Of a DNA stretch of 64,000 nucleotides, positions 1 to 9,622 are shown piece by piece (the first letter of the stretch is position 1; the number at the start of each line of letters is the position of its first letter). Below the pieces are notes generated by a model. That model saw nothing but the letters and a program-made list of their open reading frames with translations. It was not told where the DNA came from and ran no database searches. Source of the DNA: Candidatus Multivoradales bacterium. GTDB lineage: Bacteria; Acidobacteriota; Thermoanaerobaculia; Multivoradales; JAHEKO01. Both the position numbers and the translations under genes were made by a program. The stretch covers positions 1,984,001 to 2,048,000 of the forward strand of contig CBDFIJ010000004.1 of the NCBI GenBank assembly GCA_965248055.1, given 5' to 3'.

Positions 1-239
1 AGCTGGCGTTCACTACGCACGCTGAAGAGCACTTGAAGCAGCAATGCTCGGAGCAGACGCTCGGGGGGAATCGAAGGGCGACCACTCGAAGCGTAGATCG
101 TCTCAAAACGCTCCGATAGCTCTCCAAGAGCTTCGTCCATCAAACTCCGGATCCGCCGCAACGGATGAGACCGAGGGATTCGCCGTTCCAGGTCAACGTA
201 GCTAAACATTGATCCCTGACCTTGATCCGATCCACGCAT
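1..239 (-). CDS. IS5/IS1182-like DDE transposase, N-terminal part (runs off window start; absent from ORF track)
   Basis: Manual translation from ATG at 239: MRGSDQGQGSMFSYVDLERRIPRSHPLRRIRSLMDEALGELSERFETIYASSGRPSIPPERLLRALLLQVLFSVRSERQL, typical DUF772-type transposase N-terminus; AGGAGG RBS just upstream. Confidence 0.9.
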   Translation of the reverse strand, partial: MRGSDQGQGSMFSYVDLERRIPRSHPLRRIRSLMDEALGELSERFETIYASSGRPSIPPERLLRALLLQVLFSVRSERQ

Positions 240-303
240 CCAAACCTCCTATTCCCAATCATAGAATCGTCATGGTCCGGTGTTGGGGTTTTTCAGCAAG
301 CTC
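1..303 (-). mobile_element. Insertion sequence end (IS5-like); terminus GAGCTTGCTGAAAAA abutting CTAG target at 304-307
   Basis: Plus strand reads TTTTTCAGCAAGCTC|CTAG at 289-307, 64 bp upstream of the transposase start; the other end is outside the window. Confidence 0.75.
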
Positions 304-1734
304 CTAGAGCTCTGGATCTTGTCGAATGGCTGAGTACTGGGCCTCGTCGGTAAGACGACCTCGATTGTAGATCGTACCGGCTGCGTGGAGGGTATCGCGC
401 CAAAAATTTCCCGTTAGGTGTGTTCGAACGATGGTGGCGTGTTCGATAGCCAGAGCATATTGCTGGGTCTTGGTTTTCTGGTTGTCCCACGCATAGTTCC
501 CGAGAAAATGCGTGTCGGCAATTCCTGGCCCGAACGCCCGCATTAGGAAACCACTTTGGACGTAGGGTTTCGGTGTGTTGCCACCTTTGTTTTGCCCATT
601 ATTCTGGACGTAGTTGCCAATGAACTGCTGGCGTCGGCACCGTTCGTACTTGGAGAGTATGACAAAACCGGCAACATCGGAGGTGACCGACCAATTGCCT
701 AGCACCAGTAGATCTGAGCAGTCTCGAAAGGTAAACCCGGTTTCGCCACAGTCGATCGAAATATTGCCGACTACCTGACTACGATGAACGCAATGGAAAG
801 AGTAATGGTCGGCGGTTCCGTAACCGCCGGGGCCGTGGAAGTCGCCATTACCGATGATGACGTTTCGTTTGATCGAGATGAATTCGTGGCGTTCGCTGTT
901 GAGCGTCCCAAGAAAGATCGGATTGCTCATTCCTGGGTCGAGCGGAAAATCCAAAATCGTGTTGTCTTCGAAGCGGACATGCTGACTTGAAAGGCTACTT
1001 TCTCCAAACAGCCAGATCGCGCGACGGTGGATCTCAGAAAAATGGCACCGCAGGATCGCCACGTGGGAGGCACCTTGGCCTACTTGGACGCCATGGCCGA
1101 CACTGTGAAACTCACAGGTTTCGATCAATACTTCCTGAGTCCTCCCGGACCCGAACACTCCAGGTGGGGTGTCCAAATGAAGCGCAGTGACTCCTGGAGT
1201 TGAAGCGCTCCAGCCTGTGAAACGAACACCGTTGATCCAAATTCGGTTGCAACCGGCGCCAAACTCGACGATTGCCCGAAAGCAACGCCCATTCGAGTTG
1301 AGGGTTAGGTTTTGGATCACAATGTGATTGGAGCCCTCTTCGACCTGGATCAAACTACCATTGCTGAAGGTGGAATGTGCGCCAATAGAGGCAGCAATGC
1401 GACCTTCGCCAAACAACTCCACGCCGGTGCGCAGGGTCAGGGTAGACCCAACCAACAAAGGTTCTTGAATGATGACCCGTCCACCGCCGATCGCTGCTAC
1501 CAAATCAATCGCGTTTTGAATCGCAGCGTAGTCGTCGGCGCCAGCACCAACCGTGGTAGGAACAATGTCCGCGCTCGGCCGTGGAGCTTGCAATCGAAGG
1601 CTTTGCGCGTCAACTTTGGCGGATGTCAGTCCCCAGGTGGCGAGAGTAATCCCAGAAAGACCTGCGGCCAATTGTCTCCTAGAGAGCTGTCCTTTTTTAT
1701 GAGAAGCTAAGAGTCCGTCAATTTCTTTTCGCAT
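304..1734 (-). CDS. Tat-exported right-handed beta-helix protein (pectate lyase 3/GH28-like fold)
   Basis: Start re-assigned to MRKEIDG (1734); SRRQL twin-arginine motif plus hydrophobic stretch; DDYAAIQNAID..GGG.V motif and Asn-rich parallel beta-helix repeats. Confidence 0.75.
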   Translation of the reverse strand: MRKEIDGLLASHKKGQLSRRQLAAGLSGITLATWGLTSAKVDAQSLRLQAPRPSADIVPTTVGAGADDYAAIQNAIDLVAAIGGGRVIIQEPLLVGSTLTLRTGVELFGEGRIAASIGAHSTFSNGSLIQVEEGSNHIVIQNLTLNSNGRCFRAIVEFGAGCNRIWINGVRFTGWSASTPGVTALHLDTPPGVFGSGRTQEVLIETCEFHSVGHGVQVGQGASHVAILRCHFSEIHRRAIWLFGESSLSSQHVRFEDNTILDFPLDPGMSNPIFLGTLNSERHEFISIKRNVIIGNGDFHGPGGYGTADHYSFHCVHRSQVVGNISIDCGETGFTFRDCSDLLVLGNWSVTSDVAGFVILSKYERCRRQQFIGNYVQNNGQNKGGNTPKPYVQSGFLMRAFGPGIADTHFLGNYAWDNQKTKTQQYALAIEHATIVRTHLTGNFWRDTLHAAGTIYNRGRLTDEAQYSAIRQDPEL

Positions 1735-1774
1735 GTTTGTCTGCCTAGAATGCTGATCATATTTACGTGCGTGA

Positions 1775-3613
1775 CTAATCATTGCCATGGGCGATAGCTG
1801 TTCTTGGACTCTCCCAGCGGACGGGTCTGGTCGCAACACCAAGCAGACGGATATCAGTGGATCGCCGAAGCTTGTGATACTGCCGATAATTGCGGAAGGG
1901 TCGAAAGGTTGGAGTGACGTCAAACGACACGACAACGAATCTCTCCTCGGGCTTGTCTACAATAAAGCGGTGCTCTTCCCACCCACCTTCAATCAAAAGC
2001 TTTCGAGCTGGAACCCCATTGATCGATACCAAAACCGAGACAGGTGTTTGGCCTGCTCGTGGATGCCCGTTAGCCAAGCTTAGTATAAGCACTTCGTCCT
2101 GCCACAATATTCTTTGGCTGGCATGGGCTTCGGTCCAAAGCAGGGGCCTTCCAGAGGAGGTTTCAGCTTCGTGAAATCCGAAGGTCTGATTGCCGACCAA
2201 GGCGGGTGGATGGAGAAAAACAAGACGTAAGATGGTGACCAAAACGGCCAAGGCTCCGAGCACCTTCGACACAGTTGTGGTCCACTTGGGTTCTTGGGTC
2301 GAGGCTATTGCTGCGATGGCCCCGAAAACGATCCAGATCAACCAGGCAACATTTTTTATATAGAAGAGATACTGGACGAGTCCGTATACCAAGATGGCAA
2401 CAAGGCTGAGCACCAAGGCAAAAGAAAAAGCGAAGTTGTCCTCACGAGGCGTGCGAACAGAGCTAACTGCGCTAGCGAACAGCAGGCCGCAAGCCAACAC
2501 CCCCAAGATTCCGCGTTCTGCCAGCAGATGAAGATAGAGATTGTGGACAGTATTGTGACTATGGCGAGCCCCTTCGGTTCCCGGTGGGCGAAAGAGGTCA
2601 TATACCGGAGCGAAAGATCCCAGTCCCCACCCGGCGGCAGGCCTTTCCGTGGCCATCTCCAAGGCAGCACTCCACAATGGAGCGCGGCCTTCCAAGCCAT
2701 AGCTTGCCGATCGAACTCTCTCCATCAACGGATTGTTGATACCGCTCATCACCCCAATGGTGCCCAGTGTTACCGCGACTAGGACACCCCCGCCAATCCA
2801 AACTTGGTGGGGGTGAAGGCCTCTCTTAAGGATTGATCGGAGCCAGATGGCGCCGCATGCGGCAGCTTGGATCAGACCCACCAACCAAGCACCCCTCTGT
2901 TGGGTGAAGACCAAGGCGGCAAGAGTGAGACCGACAAACGGCAAGGTCGCTCTTCGCCCCCACTTTCCACCAGTCCACAGTGCGGCGGTGGCAAGCGGGG
3001 CGACGATAACCAGATACTCAGCGAGCCAACCAGAGAGAAAAAAGACCGACTGTAGCCGTTCTATCGGACGATGGATTCCATAGCGAGGCCGGAAGCTATC
3101 CAAATCGAACAGGCCTACTTGAGTCGTGACGCCGATCAAAAGAACACCGGTCAAACTGACCAAGAAAGCAATTCCGAGCTGCCTTATGCTCTGCTGATCA
3201 AAGGTCTTGCGAACCGCTCGAAAGAGCCCCCATCCGATCAACAAATTGGCAGCAGCTCTCCAGGTATAGAGCGCAGTAAAGCTCTCCACTCCAGGAAAAG
3301 TCTGAGCTAGTCGCCACAGTGAGGATGGATGCCAAGACGGCGGGAGGTAAGAAAAGGGAACCAGCGACAGAAGACCTACCAGCACGAAAAGTTGAGCCGG
3401 GCGGTCTAACTGTGAGTGCGTACGTTCCCCTCTGAGGCATACGATGATCGCCGTGATTGCGGCGACATCGAGCGCGGCAAGATAAGGCCCTCCAGGGGGT
3501 GAACCGAACAGCGGGAGAAACACGACCAAGGCCAAGAGCCCCAGTTTCGGTCTGACCGCTCCCAGTATGGCAACCAGAACAGGGACTGACCAGATAATAG
3601 ATTCCGCAGCCAT
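1775..3613 (-). CDS. O-antigen ligase family (Wzy_C) membrane protein with C-terminal soluble domain
   Basis: Many TM helices; TQQRGAW, R..LW..A...P..GWGLGSF and HNLYLHLLAERG motifs. Confidence 0.85.
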   Translation of the reverse strand: MAAESIIWSVPVLVAILGAVRPKLGLLALVVFLPLFGSPPGGPYLAALDVAAITAIIVCLRGERTHSQLDRPAQLFVLVGLLSLVPFSYLPPSWHPSSLWRLAQTFPGVESFTALYTWRAAANLLIGWGLFRAVRKTFDQQSIRQLGIAFLVSLTGVLLIGVTTQVGLFDLDSFRPRYGIHRPIERLQSVFFLSGWLAEYLVIVAPLATAALWTGGKWGRRATLPFVGLTLAALVFTQQRGAWLVGLIQAAACGAIWLRSILKRGLHPHQVWIGGGVLVAVTLGTIGVMSGINNPLMERVRSASYGLEGRAPLWSAALEMATERPAAGWGLGSFAPVYDLFRPPGTEGARHSHNTVHNLYLHLLAERGILGVLACGLLFASAVSSVRTPREDNFAFSFALVLSLVAILVYGLVQYLFYIKNVAWLIWIVFGAIAAIASTQEPKWTTTVSKVLGALAVLVTILRLVFLHPPALVGNQTFGFHEAETSSGRPLLWTEAHASQRILWQDEVLILSLANGHPRAGQTPVSVLVSINGVPARKLLIEGGWEEHRFIVDKPEERFVVVSFDVTPTFRPFRNYRQYHKLRRSTDIRLLGVATRPVRWESPRTAIAHGND

Positions 3614-3665
3614 GGATTGGCAGGAGTAATAATTTAGGGAGACGATCGATACCTAGAAGAGTGGC

Positions 3666-4808
3666 TCAAGGGACGATATCGAAAACTTGCGTATCGTTGT
3701 CAAGTTCCTCGCCAATCGGGCTCTCAGGTGCGTTGTCCTTGGATTCTAAGGTTGCTTCGGCTTTGGGTCGAACGGTGCGAATCAAGAGCACGGCCACGAA
3801 CTCAATGCTCAGAAATCCCAGACCTAACCACCAGTTCCCACTGACCGCTACCAGCAACGCCATGGCGCAGAACGCCACCGCCAAAGCATAGAGAGTGAAA
3901 ATGACCCTGGAGCGCTGCCGGTTGGCGCTAATCAGCAGGTGGTGCAGATGGCTGCGGTCGGCGTGAAAAATACTAGCGAGTCGGTTTGCTTTGCGGTGCC
4001 CGCGAAGAAATCTGTACCACATGACCAATAAGGTATCGAAGACGGGTAGTCCAAGTGCCAAGATAGGCACTAAGATCGCGACCGCCGCAGAGGCTTTTAT
4101 CGATGACCGCAGCGGGAAGGTAGCCAGGAGGAAACCCAGAGTCAGCGAACCAGAATCACCCATGTAGATTTTTGCGGGATGCCAGTTGTGGCGCAAGAAC
4201 CCCAGACAGGCGCCAACCATGCAGCTGGCGGCAATGGCACTGGCCGGCCGGTTCTGGAGAACAGACAACATTAGAAGGCTGCAGGAAATAATCGCCACCA
4301 AACCAGCTGCCAACCCGTCGAGACCGTCAATGAAGTTGATCGCGTTGGTGACTCCAACGATCCAAATCACTGACAACAACGGGGCAACGGCTCCGACATA
4401 TAGCCGCCCATCCCACGGGAATCGAAGAGCAGTAAATTGCCAACCAAGAGCAACGACAATCGCTGCAGCACCGACCTGAACTACCAGCTTCATAAAGGGG
4501 CCAAGAGTGTAAATATCGTCGAAAAGACCAAGAGTAAAGATGATCAATGTCGCGATGGAAAAACCGATAATTTCCTTGGGAGACAGCGTTTGTCCAGAGA
4601 GCAGCAGCAAGCTGGGCACCAAGGACACTAAGATCCCCGCCATAATGGCGATGCCACCCAGTCGCGGTGTTGAAACAATATGCTTCTTTCGGCCCCCAGG
4701 TTTGTCAACAACATGAAGACAAACGGCCAACTTGACTACCGATGGAGTCAGTATCATGGTTACCAATGCAGCCCCAACTCCCGGGATCAGGACTTGTAGC
4801 CAGTTCAT
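3666..4808 (-). CDS. wecA: Undecaprenyl-phosphate GlcNAc-1-phosphate transferase (MraY/WecA family)
   Basis: DKPGGRKKH..TPRLGG, GLFDD, NAINFIDGLDGL, YMGDSGS, ADRSHLHH motifs; start taken at MNWLQ. Confidence 0.88.
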   Translation of the reverse strand: MNWLQVLIPGVGAALVTMILTPSVVKLAVCLHVVDKPGGRKKHIVSTPRLGGIAIMAGILVSLVPSLLLLSGQTLSPKEIIGFSIATLIIFTLGLFDDIYTLGPFMKLVVQVGAAAIVVALGWQFTALRFPWDGRLYVGAVAPLLSVIWIVGVTNAINFIDGLDGLAAGLVAIISCSLLMLSVLQNRPASAIAASCMVGACLGFLRHNWHPAKIYMGDSGSLTLGFLLATFPLRSSIKASAAVAILVPILALGLPVFDTLLVMWYRFLRGHRKANRLASIFHADRSHLHHLLISANRQRSRVIFTLYALAVAFCAMALLVAVSGNWWLGLGFLSIEFVAVLLIRTVRPKAEATLESKDNAPESPIGEELDNDTQVFDIVP

Positions 4809-4963
4809 TTGGGTGATTCTAGCAGTGCCCCTGAGGCAGTTAAGAATGACGCCGATCACGCAAAGAAGCTTCAGTCTGACAACCGAGAAAGAGCAGGCTT
4901 ATCTTGGTACTCTCTTTCCTGAGGTCAAGAGCAACTTTATGGTGAACGGAGCAGGTTGAGACG

Positions 4964-5857
4964 ATGCGAGTATTGGTTCTGGGAGCAGCGGGGATGCTCG
5001 GGCATAAGGTCTGCCAAGTGCTAGGCCGCACGAAACATGAGGTCGCGGGAACCCTGCGCGATGATGTAAATGCGCACCCTGCGTATCGAGACCTCTATCG
5101 CGAGATGACCTTGTTGGAAAAGGTTGATGTTTTGGACGACGAATCTCTCGAGAGGGCGATTCGATCTGTTGAGCCTGAGTTCGTGGTCAACTGCATCGGC
5201 ATAGTCAAACAGTTGCCGGAAGCAGAAGATCCTTTTCTCTCGGTAGCGATCAATTCCTTCTTGCCACACAGGCTAGCTCGTCTGTGCCAACAACGAAACT
5301 GTCGATTGATACACATCAGCACCGACTGTGTTTTTGATGGTTCGAAGGGCAACTATTTAGAAACAGATCTAACCAACGCGGAAGATCTCTATGGACGTAG
5401 CAAGGCGCTGGGCGAAACGCAGTCGTCACAGACTTCAGCGCTGACGCTTAGAACGTCCTTTATCGGCCGTGAACTCAAGGCCTCTACTCATGGGCTGATC
5501 GAGTGGTTTTTGACCCAGGGCGGCCAAAGAGTTCAAGGATTCGCAGGAGTTACCTACACAGGTTTGACATCGTTGGAGCTTGCCGCCGTTATTGGTTGTA
5601 TCGTGGATGGTGGAATTGAGTTGAACGGGACTCGGCAGGTTGCGAGTGAACCGATCAACAAATACCAGCTGCTTTGTCTGGTGCGAGACGTTTATGGCCT
5701 CGACATCGAAATTGACCAGGTCACGGAGCCGACTTTTGAGCGAAGTCTGATTATGTCTTCGTTTTCCGAAGTGATGGGATACTCAGCGCCGAGCTGGAAG
5801 CAAATGATTGTCGATATGCATCAAGATCCGACACCGTATAACGTGTGGGCAAGATAG
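4964..5857 (+). CDS. RmlD-like NDP-4-keto-6-deoxyhexose reductase (WbvR/QnlA-type SDR)
   Basis: GAAGMLG Rossmann motif, HISTDCVFDG, YGRSK; no C-terminal cupin domain; adjacent to fnlA and 2-epimerase. Confidence 0.8.
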   Translation: MRVLVLGAAGMLGHKVCQVLGRTKHEVAGTLRDDVNAHPAYRDLYREMTLLEKVDVLDDESLERAIRSVEPEFVVNCIGIVKQLPEAEDPFLSVAINSFLPHRLARLCQQRNCRLIHISTDCVFDGSKGNYLETDLTNAEDLYGRSKALGETQSSQTSALTLRTSFIGRELKASTHGLIEWFLTQGGQRVQGFAGVTYTGLTSLELAAVIGCIVDGGIELNGTRQVASEPINKYQLLCLVRDVYGLDIEIDQVTEPTFERSLIMSSFSEVMGYSAPSWKQMIVDMHQDPTPYNVWAR

Positions 5858-5869
5858 AGGAGACTTAGA

Positions 5870-6937
5870 GTGATACTTGAAGGCAAGGCGGTTCTAGTAA
5901 CGGGCGGGACGGGGTCTCTCGGCCGATCGTTGGTCCGAAGAGTCCTTGGCGGGGAACTCGGTGCCCCTAAGAAGGTCATTATCTTGTCTCGCGATGAAGC
6001 GAAGCAGCACGCGATGAGAGTCTCGTATTTGAACAACAAGGTTACGACCGATGAGGTGATCTATCGAAACTTCGAGAAGGTTCTGGAGTTTCGAATCGGG
6101 GATGTTCGCAGTTACGCCGACGTATGTTCAGCGCTTCGAGATGTGGAGATCGTGGTCAATGCGGCCGCACTCAAGCAAGTTCCAACTTGCGAATATTTTC
6201 CCGCCCAGGCTGTGGCTACCAATTGTCTGGGGCCTGAAAATATCGTGCGCGCAATTCGTAATCATGGCTACCCGGTTGAAACGGTGGTGGGTATCAGCAC
6301 CGACAAAGCCTGCAAGCCAGTCAATGTCATGGGTATGACCAAGGCGATCCAGGAGAGAATCTTTCTTTCCGCCAACGTTTTGATTCCATCGACACGATTC
6401 GTCTGCGTCCGCTATGGCAACGTCCTTTCATCGCGGGGATCGGTGGTTCCTTTATTTCATGAACAAATCCGGGCTGGTGGTCCGATCACACTGACCAGTC
6501 CCGAGATGACCCGTTTCTTGCTGAGCTTGGACGATGCTGTCGATGTCGTATTTGAAGCATTGCACCGAGCAAAAGCGGGTGAGACCTACATCCCAATTGC
6601 AAAAGCTGCCAAAGTTGTTGACATTGCACAGGCGATGATCGGCGATAGCGATATCGAAATGAAGACAATAGGTGTTCGTCCCGGAGAGAAACTCAACGAA
6701 GTCTTGGTGTCCGAAGAAGAGTGCAACCACGTTATCAGGCGTGGGGATTACTATGTAATTCTCCCGGTCTTGCCCGAGCTAAAGACAGGGGAAAGTGTGG
6801 ACAGAACGGTTCTTGACCAAGAATATGGTTCCGGTGGCGATTTGCTCGACACCGAAGCTACCCGAGCACTGTTGGCAAGAAATAACCTGCTGCCGGATTC
6901 TTTGTCGCCGAGTGAATCAAAAGATATTTTGCAGTGA
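5870..6937 (+). CDS. fnlA: UDP-GlcNAc 4,6-dehydratase/epimerase (FnlA/WbjB/CapE type)
   Basis: TGGTGSLG, SRDEAKQ, AAALKQVPTCE, STDKA..PVNVMGMTK, RYGNVL.SRGSV, RPGEKL motifs. Confidence 0.8.
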   Translation: MILEGKAVLVTGGTGSLGRSLVRRVLGGELGAPKKVIILSRDEAKQHAMRVSYLNNKVTTDEVIYRNFEKVLEFRIGDVRSYADVCSALRDVEIVVNAAALKQVPTCEYFPAQAVATNCLGPENIVRAIRNHGYPVETVVGISTDKACKPVNVMGMTKAIQERIFLSANVLIPSTRFVCVRYGNVLSSRGSVVPLFHEQIRAGGPITLTSPEMTRFLLSLDDAVDVVFEALHRAKAGETYIPIAKAAKVVDIAQAMIGDSDIEMKTIGVRPGEKLNEVLVSEEECNHVIRRGDYYVILPVLPELKTGESVDRTVLDQEYGSGGDLLDTEATRALLARNNLLPDSLSPSESKDILQ

Positions 6938-6965
6938 GTCGGACTCTCAGCCGAAGAGACCCCTG

Positions 6966-8099
6966 ATGTCGCGGATCAAAGTCGCCACGATTGTTGGAAC
7001 CCGCCCTGAGTTGATTAAGCTCTCCCGGGTGATAGCTGAACTTGATCGCCACGTTGATCACACCCTGATTCACACCGGACAAAATTTCGACTACGAACTC
7101 AACCAGGTCTTTTTTGAACAACTAGACCTTCCGCAACCACAGCACTATCTAGAAGCAGCGGGTGAGACCCCCGCTGAAACGGTTGCAAACGTGATCGCCA
7201 AAACAGATCGAGTCCTTGCGCGGTTGAACCCCGACGCGGTCCTGCTACTAGGTGACACCAACAGCTGTCTTGCAGTCATCGCCGCCAAGAAACGCCAAAT
7301 CCCGGTCTTTCATATGGAGGCGGGGAATCGCTCATTCGACCAGCGAATACCGGAGGAGACAAACCGCAAGGTGGTCGACCATCTCAGTGATATCAATTTG
7401 CCGTACACGGAGCACGCCCGACGCTATTTAGTTGCCGAAGGGTTGGACCCAGCACGGGTGATTAAGACCGGTTCGCCAATGCGGGAAGTTCTTGAATACT
7501 ATATGCCGAATATCGAAGCCTCGACGATCCTTGAGGATCTGAACCTGGAAGCAGGAGGCTATTTTGTCGCCAGCGCCCATCGAGAAGAAAATATTGATGA
7601 TCCAGAGAGACTCAGTCGATTGATGGAAGCCTTTCGCCAAGTTCATCAAGAACATAGAAAACCGATTATTTTCAGTACTCATCCTAGAACCCGGGCACAA
7701 CTGGACAAACAAACAGCAGCGGTGGAAAAAGAGATCCGTTTTCTTAGGCCACTGGGTTTTCTTGACTACATTTGGTTGCAACGGAATGCTGCGTGTGTGA
7801 TTAGCGACAGCGGTTCGTTGACCGAAGAAGTGTCTTTGTTGAATTTGCCTGCGGTTACCATCCGGGAAGCGCATGAACGTCCTGAAGGGATGGATGAAGC
7901 GACGCTCGTGATGTCTGGATTGGAACCGCAGAGGGTTTTGCAGGCAGTCGAACTGGTGATGGCGCAGCATCGCACTGACCGAGCGCCCTTCGATGTCGTC
8001 AACGACTACCGCTGTGGCAATGTTTCCAAGAAAGTTGTTCGGATCATTTTGAGCTACATCGACTACGTCAACGCAAATGTTTGGCGTAAACAGGTCTAG
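6966..8099 (+). CDS. wecB: Non-hydrolysing UDP-HexNAc 2-epimerase (WbjD/FnlC/QnlB type)
   Basis: Start MSRIKV at 6966; GTRPELIKL, HTGQNFD, GDTNS, HMEAGNR, HREEN, SDSGSLTEE, HERPEG. Confidence 0.88.
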   Translation: MSRIKVATIVGTRPELIKLSRVIAELDRHVDHTLIHTGQNFDYELNQVFFEQLDLPQPQHYLEAAGETPAETVANVIAKTDRVLARLNPDAVLLLGDTNSCLAVIAAKKRQIPVFHMEAGNRSFDQRIPEETNRKVVDHLSDINLPYTEHARRYLVAEGLDPARVIKTGSPMREVLEYYMPNIEASTILEDLNLEAGGYFVASAHREENIDDPERLSRLMEAFRQVHQEHRKPIIFSTHPRTRAQLDKQTAAVEKEIRFLRPLGFLDYIWLQRNAACVISDSGSLTEEVSLLNLPAVTIREAHERPEGMDEATLVMSGLEPQRVLQAVELVMAQHRTDRAPFDVVNDYRCGNVSKKVVRIILSYIDYVNANVWRKQV

Positions 8100-8111
8100 G
8101 TCTAGGTCTAG
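8092..8111 (+). repeat. Tandem hexamer (AGGTCT)x3 overlapping the epimerase stop codon
   Basis: AGGTCTAGGTCTAGGTCTAG read directly. Confidence 0.85.
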
Positions 8112-8119
8112 ATTCATAA

Positions 8120-9622
8120 ATGATAGCCACTAGATTGGGCGTATTCGATAGAACTTCGCTGTTCGGCCTTGGAGGTTTAGCTCACCTAGCGTTGCTCTTG
8201 TCGATCTTCGCAGCCTTTGTTTTTTCGATTGGAGTCTTACTACAGGCGGGTTGGGACAACGGAATGCTGTGTTTCATGGCGTCAGCATGCCTATTCATAA
8301 CCGCGCTTCCGGTGTTTGCCGGAGGTGCCAAGAAGTTGTTCGAACCAATCTGGTCGGTTTTGCTCATTGTCGGAACTGGCATCACGGGGAAGGCTTTTTA
8401 TCTAATCTATGGTCCGGTGGAACGGACAGAGTTTCTGCTCCTTGGCAAGGAGCTAAAAGAGCTACTGTTCCCCATTTTGGTGATCGGAGGAGGACTACTG
8501 TTCCTTGCGGTGGGCTATCAACTGGGAGAGTTTCGCTGGCGATTGCCGACCAGATCACAACGTTTCCAAGAGCCCTGGGACCAAAGAAAATTCATCGCCG
8601 TGACCGGCGTGCTTACGGTGTTTGGCTTGTTGTTTTTTGTACTGTTCACCAAACGCCTGGATGTCGCCTTTGATTCGCTGAGCGACGTTTCGTCGAAGCG
8701 GTTCGTTGAGGTGGAGGGTTCGACCTATCGGGGGACTCACGGATATTTACGTTGGGGGGCGATGCTTCTGGAGACCGCGTTCTATCTGGTGCTCGGATAT
8801 TGGGCCACCCTTCGGCGTCGGCTGTTCTCGGTGACAGGGTTTTTCGTTGTTGCTCTAGGGGCGATGGCCGCCCTTTTCCCTATTTTTGTCAGTAGTCGAC
8901 AATCGTTGATGTTTGTGGTGATTCGAGCCCTCTTGATCTGGCTTTGTATCTGCGGTGAACCCAAGCCCCGTGCGGTCCTTGCGCTGACGCTTTCGGGATT
9001 ATTTGTAATCGGTTCGATGCTCGCTTTTCGTCGTGGATTGTCGGACTGGGAGGACGTTCGCAGTCATGTGGGAGTTAGTGGATTGCTGGAAGTAACCGTT
9101 GGCGGTCGGCATTTTCTCGATCTATCAAAGACCGCCCACGTCATTTCTGCGGTACCGGAGAGGGTGGACTACCAGTACGGTCGAACTATGTTGACTTGGT
9201 TGGCCGCTCCGATTCCTCGTGCTGTTTGGCCCAGCAAGCCGGCCGTTGGCGCTGGCATCGAGCTCGGTCCAGAGATATTTCAAACGCCAAGTGGAACCGG
9301 TGTTCCTCCGGGCATGATCGGGGAGCTCTACTTAAACTTCGGCTTTCCCGGGGTCTTGATCGGACTGTTGGCTGCTGGGCTTCTTCTGCGCTCGTTGTAC
9401 GAGACTTTCATTGTTCACTTTCCTGCTCCCAGTTTTGTGCTTATCTATGCTGTTGTCATGTCTCGATTGTCGCTTGCAGCACTGGCCAATTCTTTTTCTG
9501 GCAGTATGATCAAGCTACTGATGGAGTCGATCCCGTTAGTGGTCGCCGTCTATTTGTGCGCAAACACGAAGCGAATCGATAAGAGCGTTACGAAATGCGC
9601 GCCAGCAACAATTTCTCCGTGA
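8120..9622 (+). CDS. wzy: Oligosaccharide repeat-unit polymerase (Wzy)
   Basis: About 12 TM segments; YQYG..M..W...PIPRAVWPSKP and PPGMIGELYLNFGF motifs. Confidence 0.78.
   Translation: MIATRLGVFDRTSLFGLGGLAHLALLLSIFAAFVFSIGVLLQAGWDNGMLCFMASACLFITALPVFAGGAKKLFEPIWSVLLIVGTGITGKAFYLIYGPVERTEFLLLGKELKELLFPILVIGGGLLFLAVGYQLGEFRWRLPTRSQRFQEPWDQRKFIAVTGVLTVFGLLFFVLFTKRLDVAFDSLSDVSSKRFVEVEGSTYRGTHGYLRWGAMLLETAFYLVLGYWATLRRRLFSVTGFFVVALGAMAALFPIFVSSRQSLMFVVIRALLIWLCICGEPKPRAVLALTLSGLFVIGSMLAFRRGLSDWEDVRSHVGVSGLLEVTVGGRHFLDLSKTAHVISAVPERVDYQYGRTMLTWLAAPIPRAVWPSKPAVGAGIELGPEIFQTPSGTGVPPGMIGELYLNFGFPGVLIGLLAAGLLLRSLYETFIVHFPAPSFVLIYAVVMSRLSLAALANSFSGSMIKLLMESIPLVVAVYLCANTKRIDKSVTKCAPATISP

Noticed and set aside
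1735-1935. N-terminal extension of the beta-helix ORF
   Set aside because: Overlaps the ligase gene; the Tat signal fits a start at 1734
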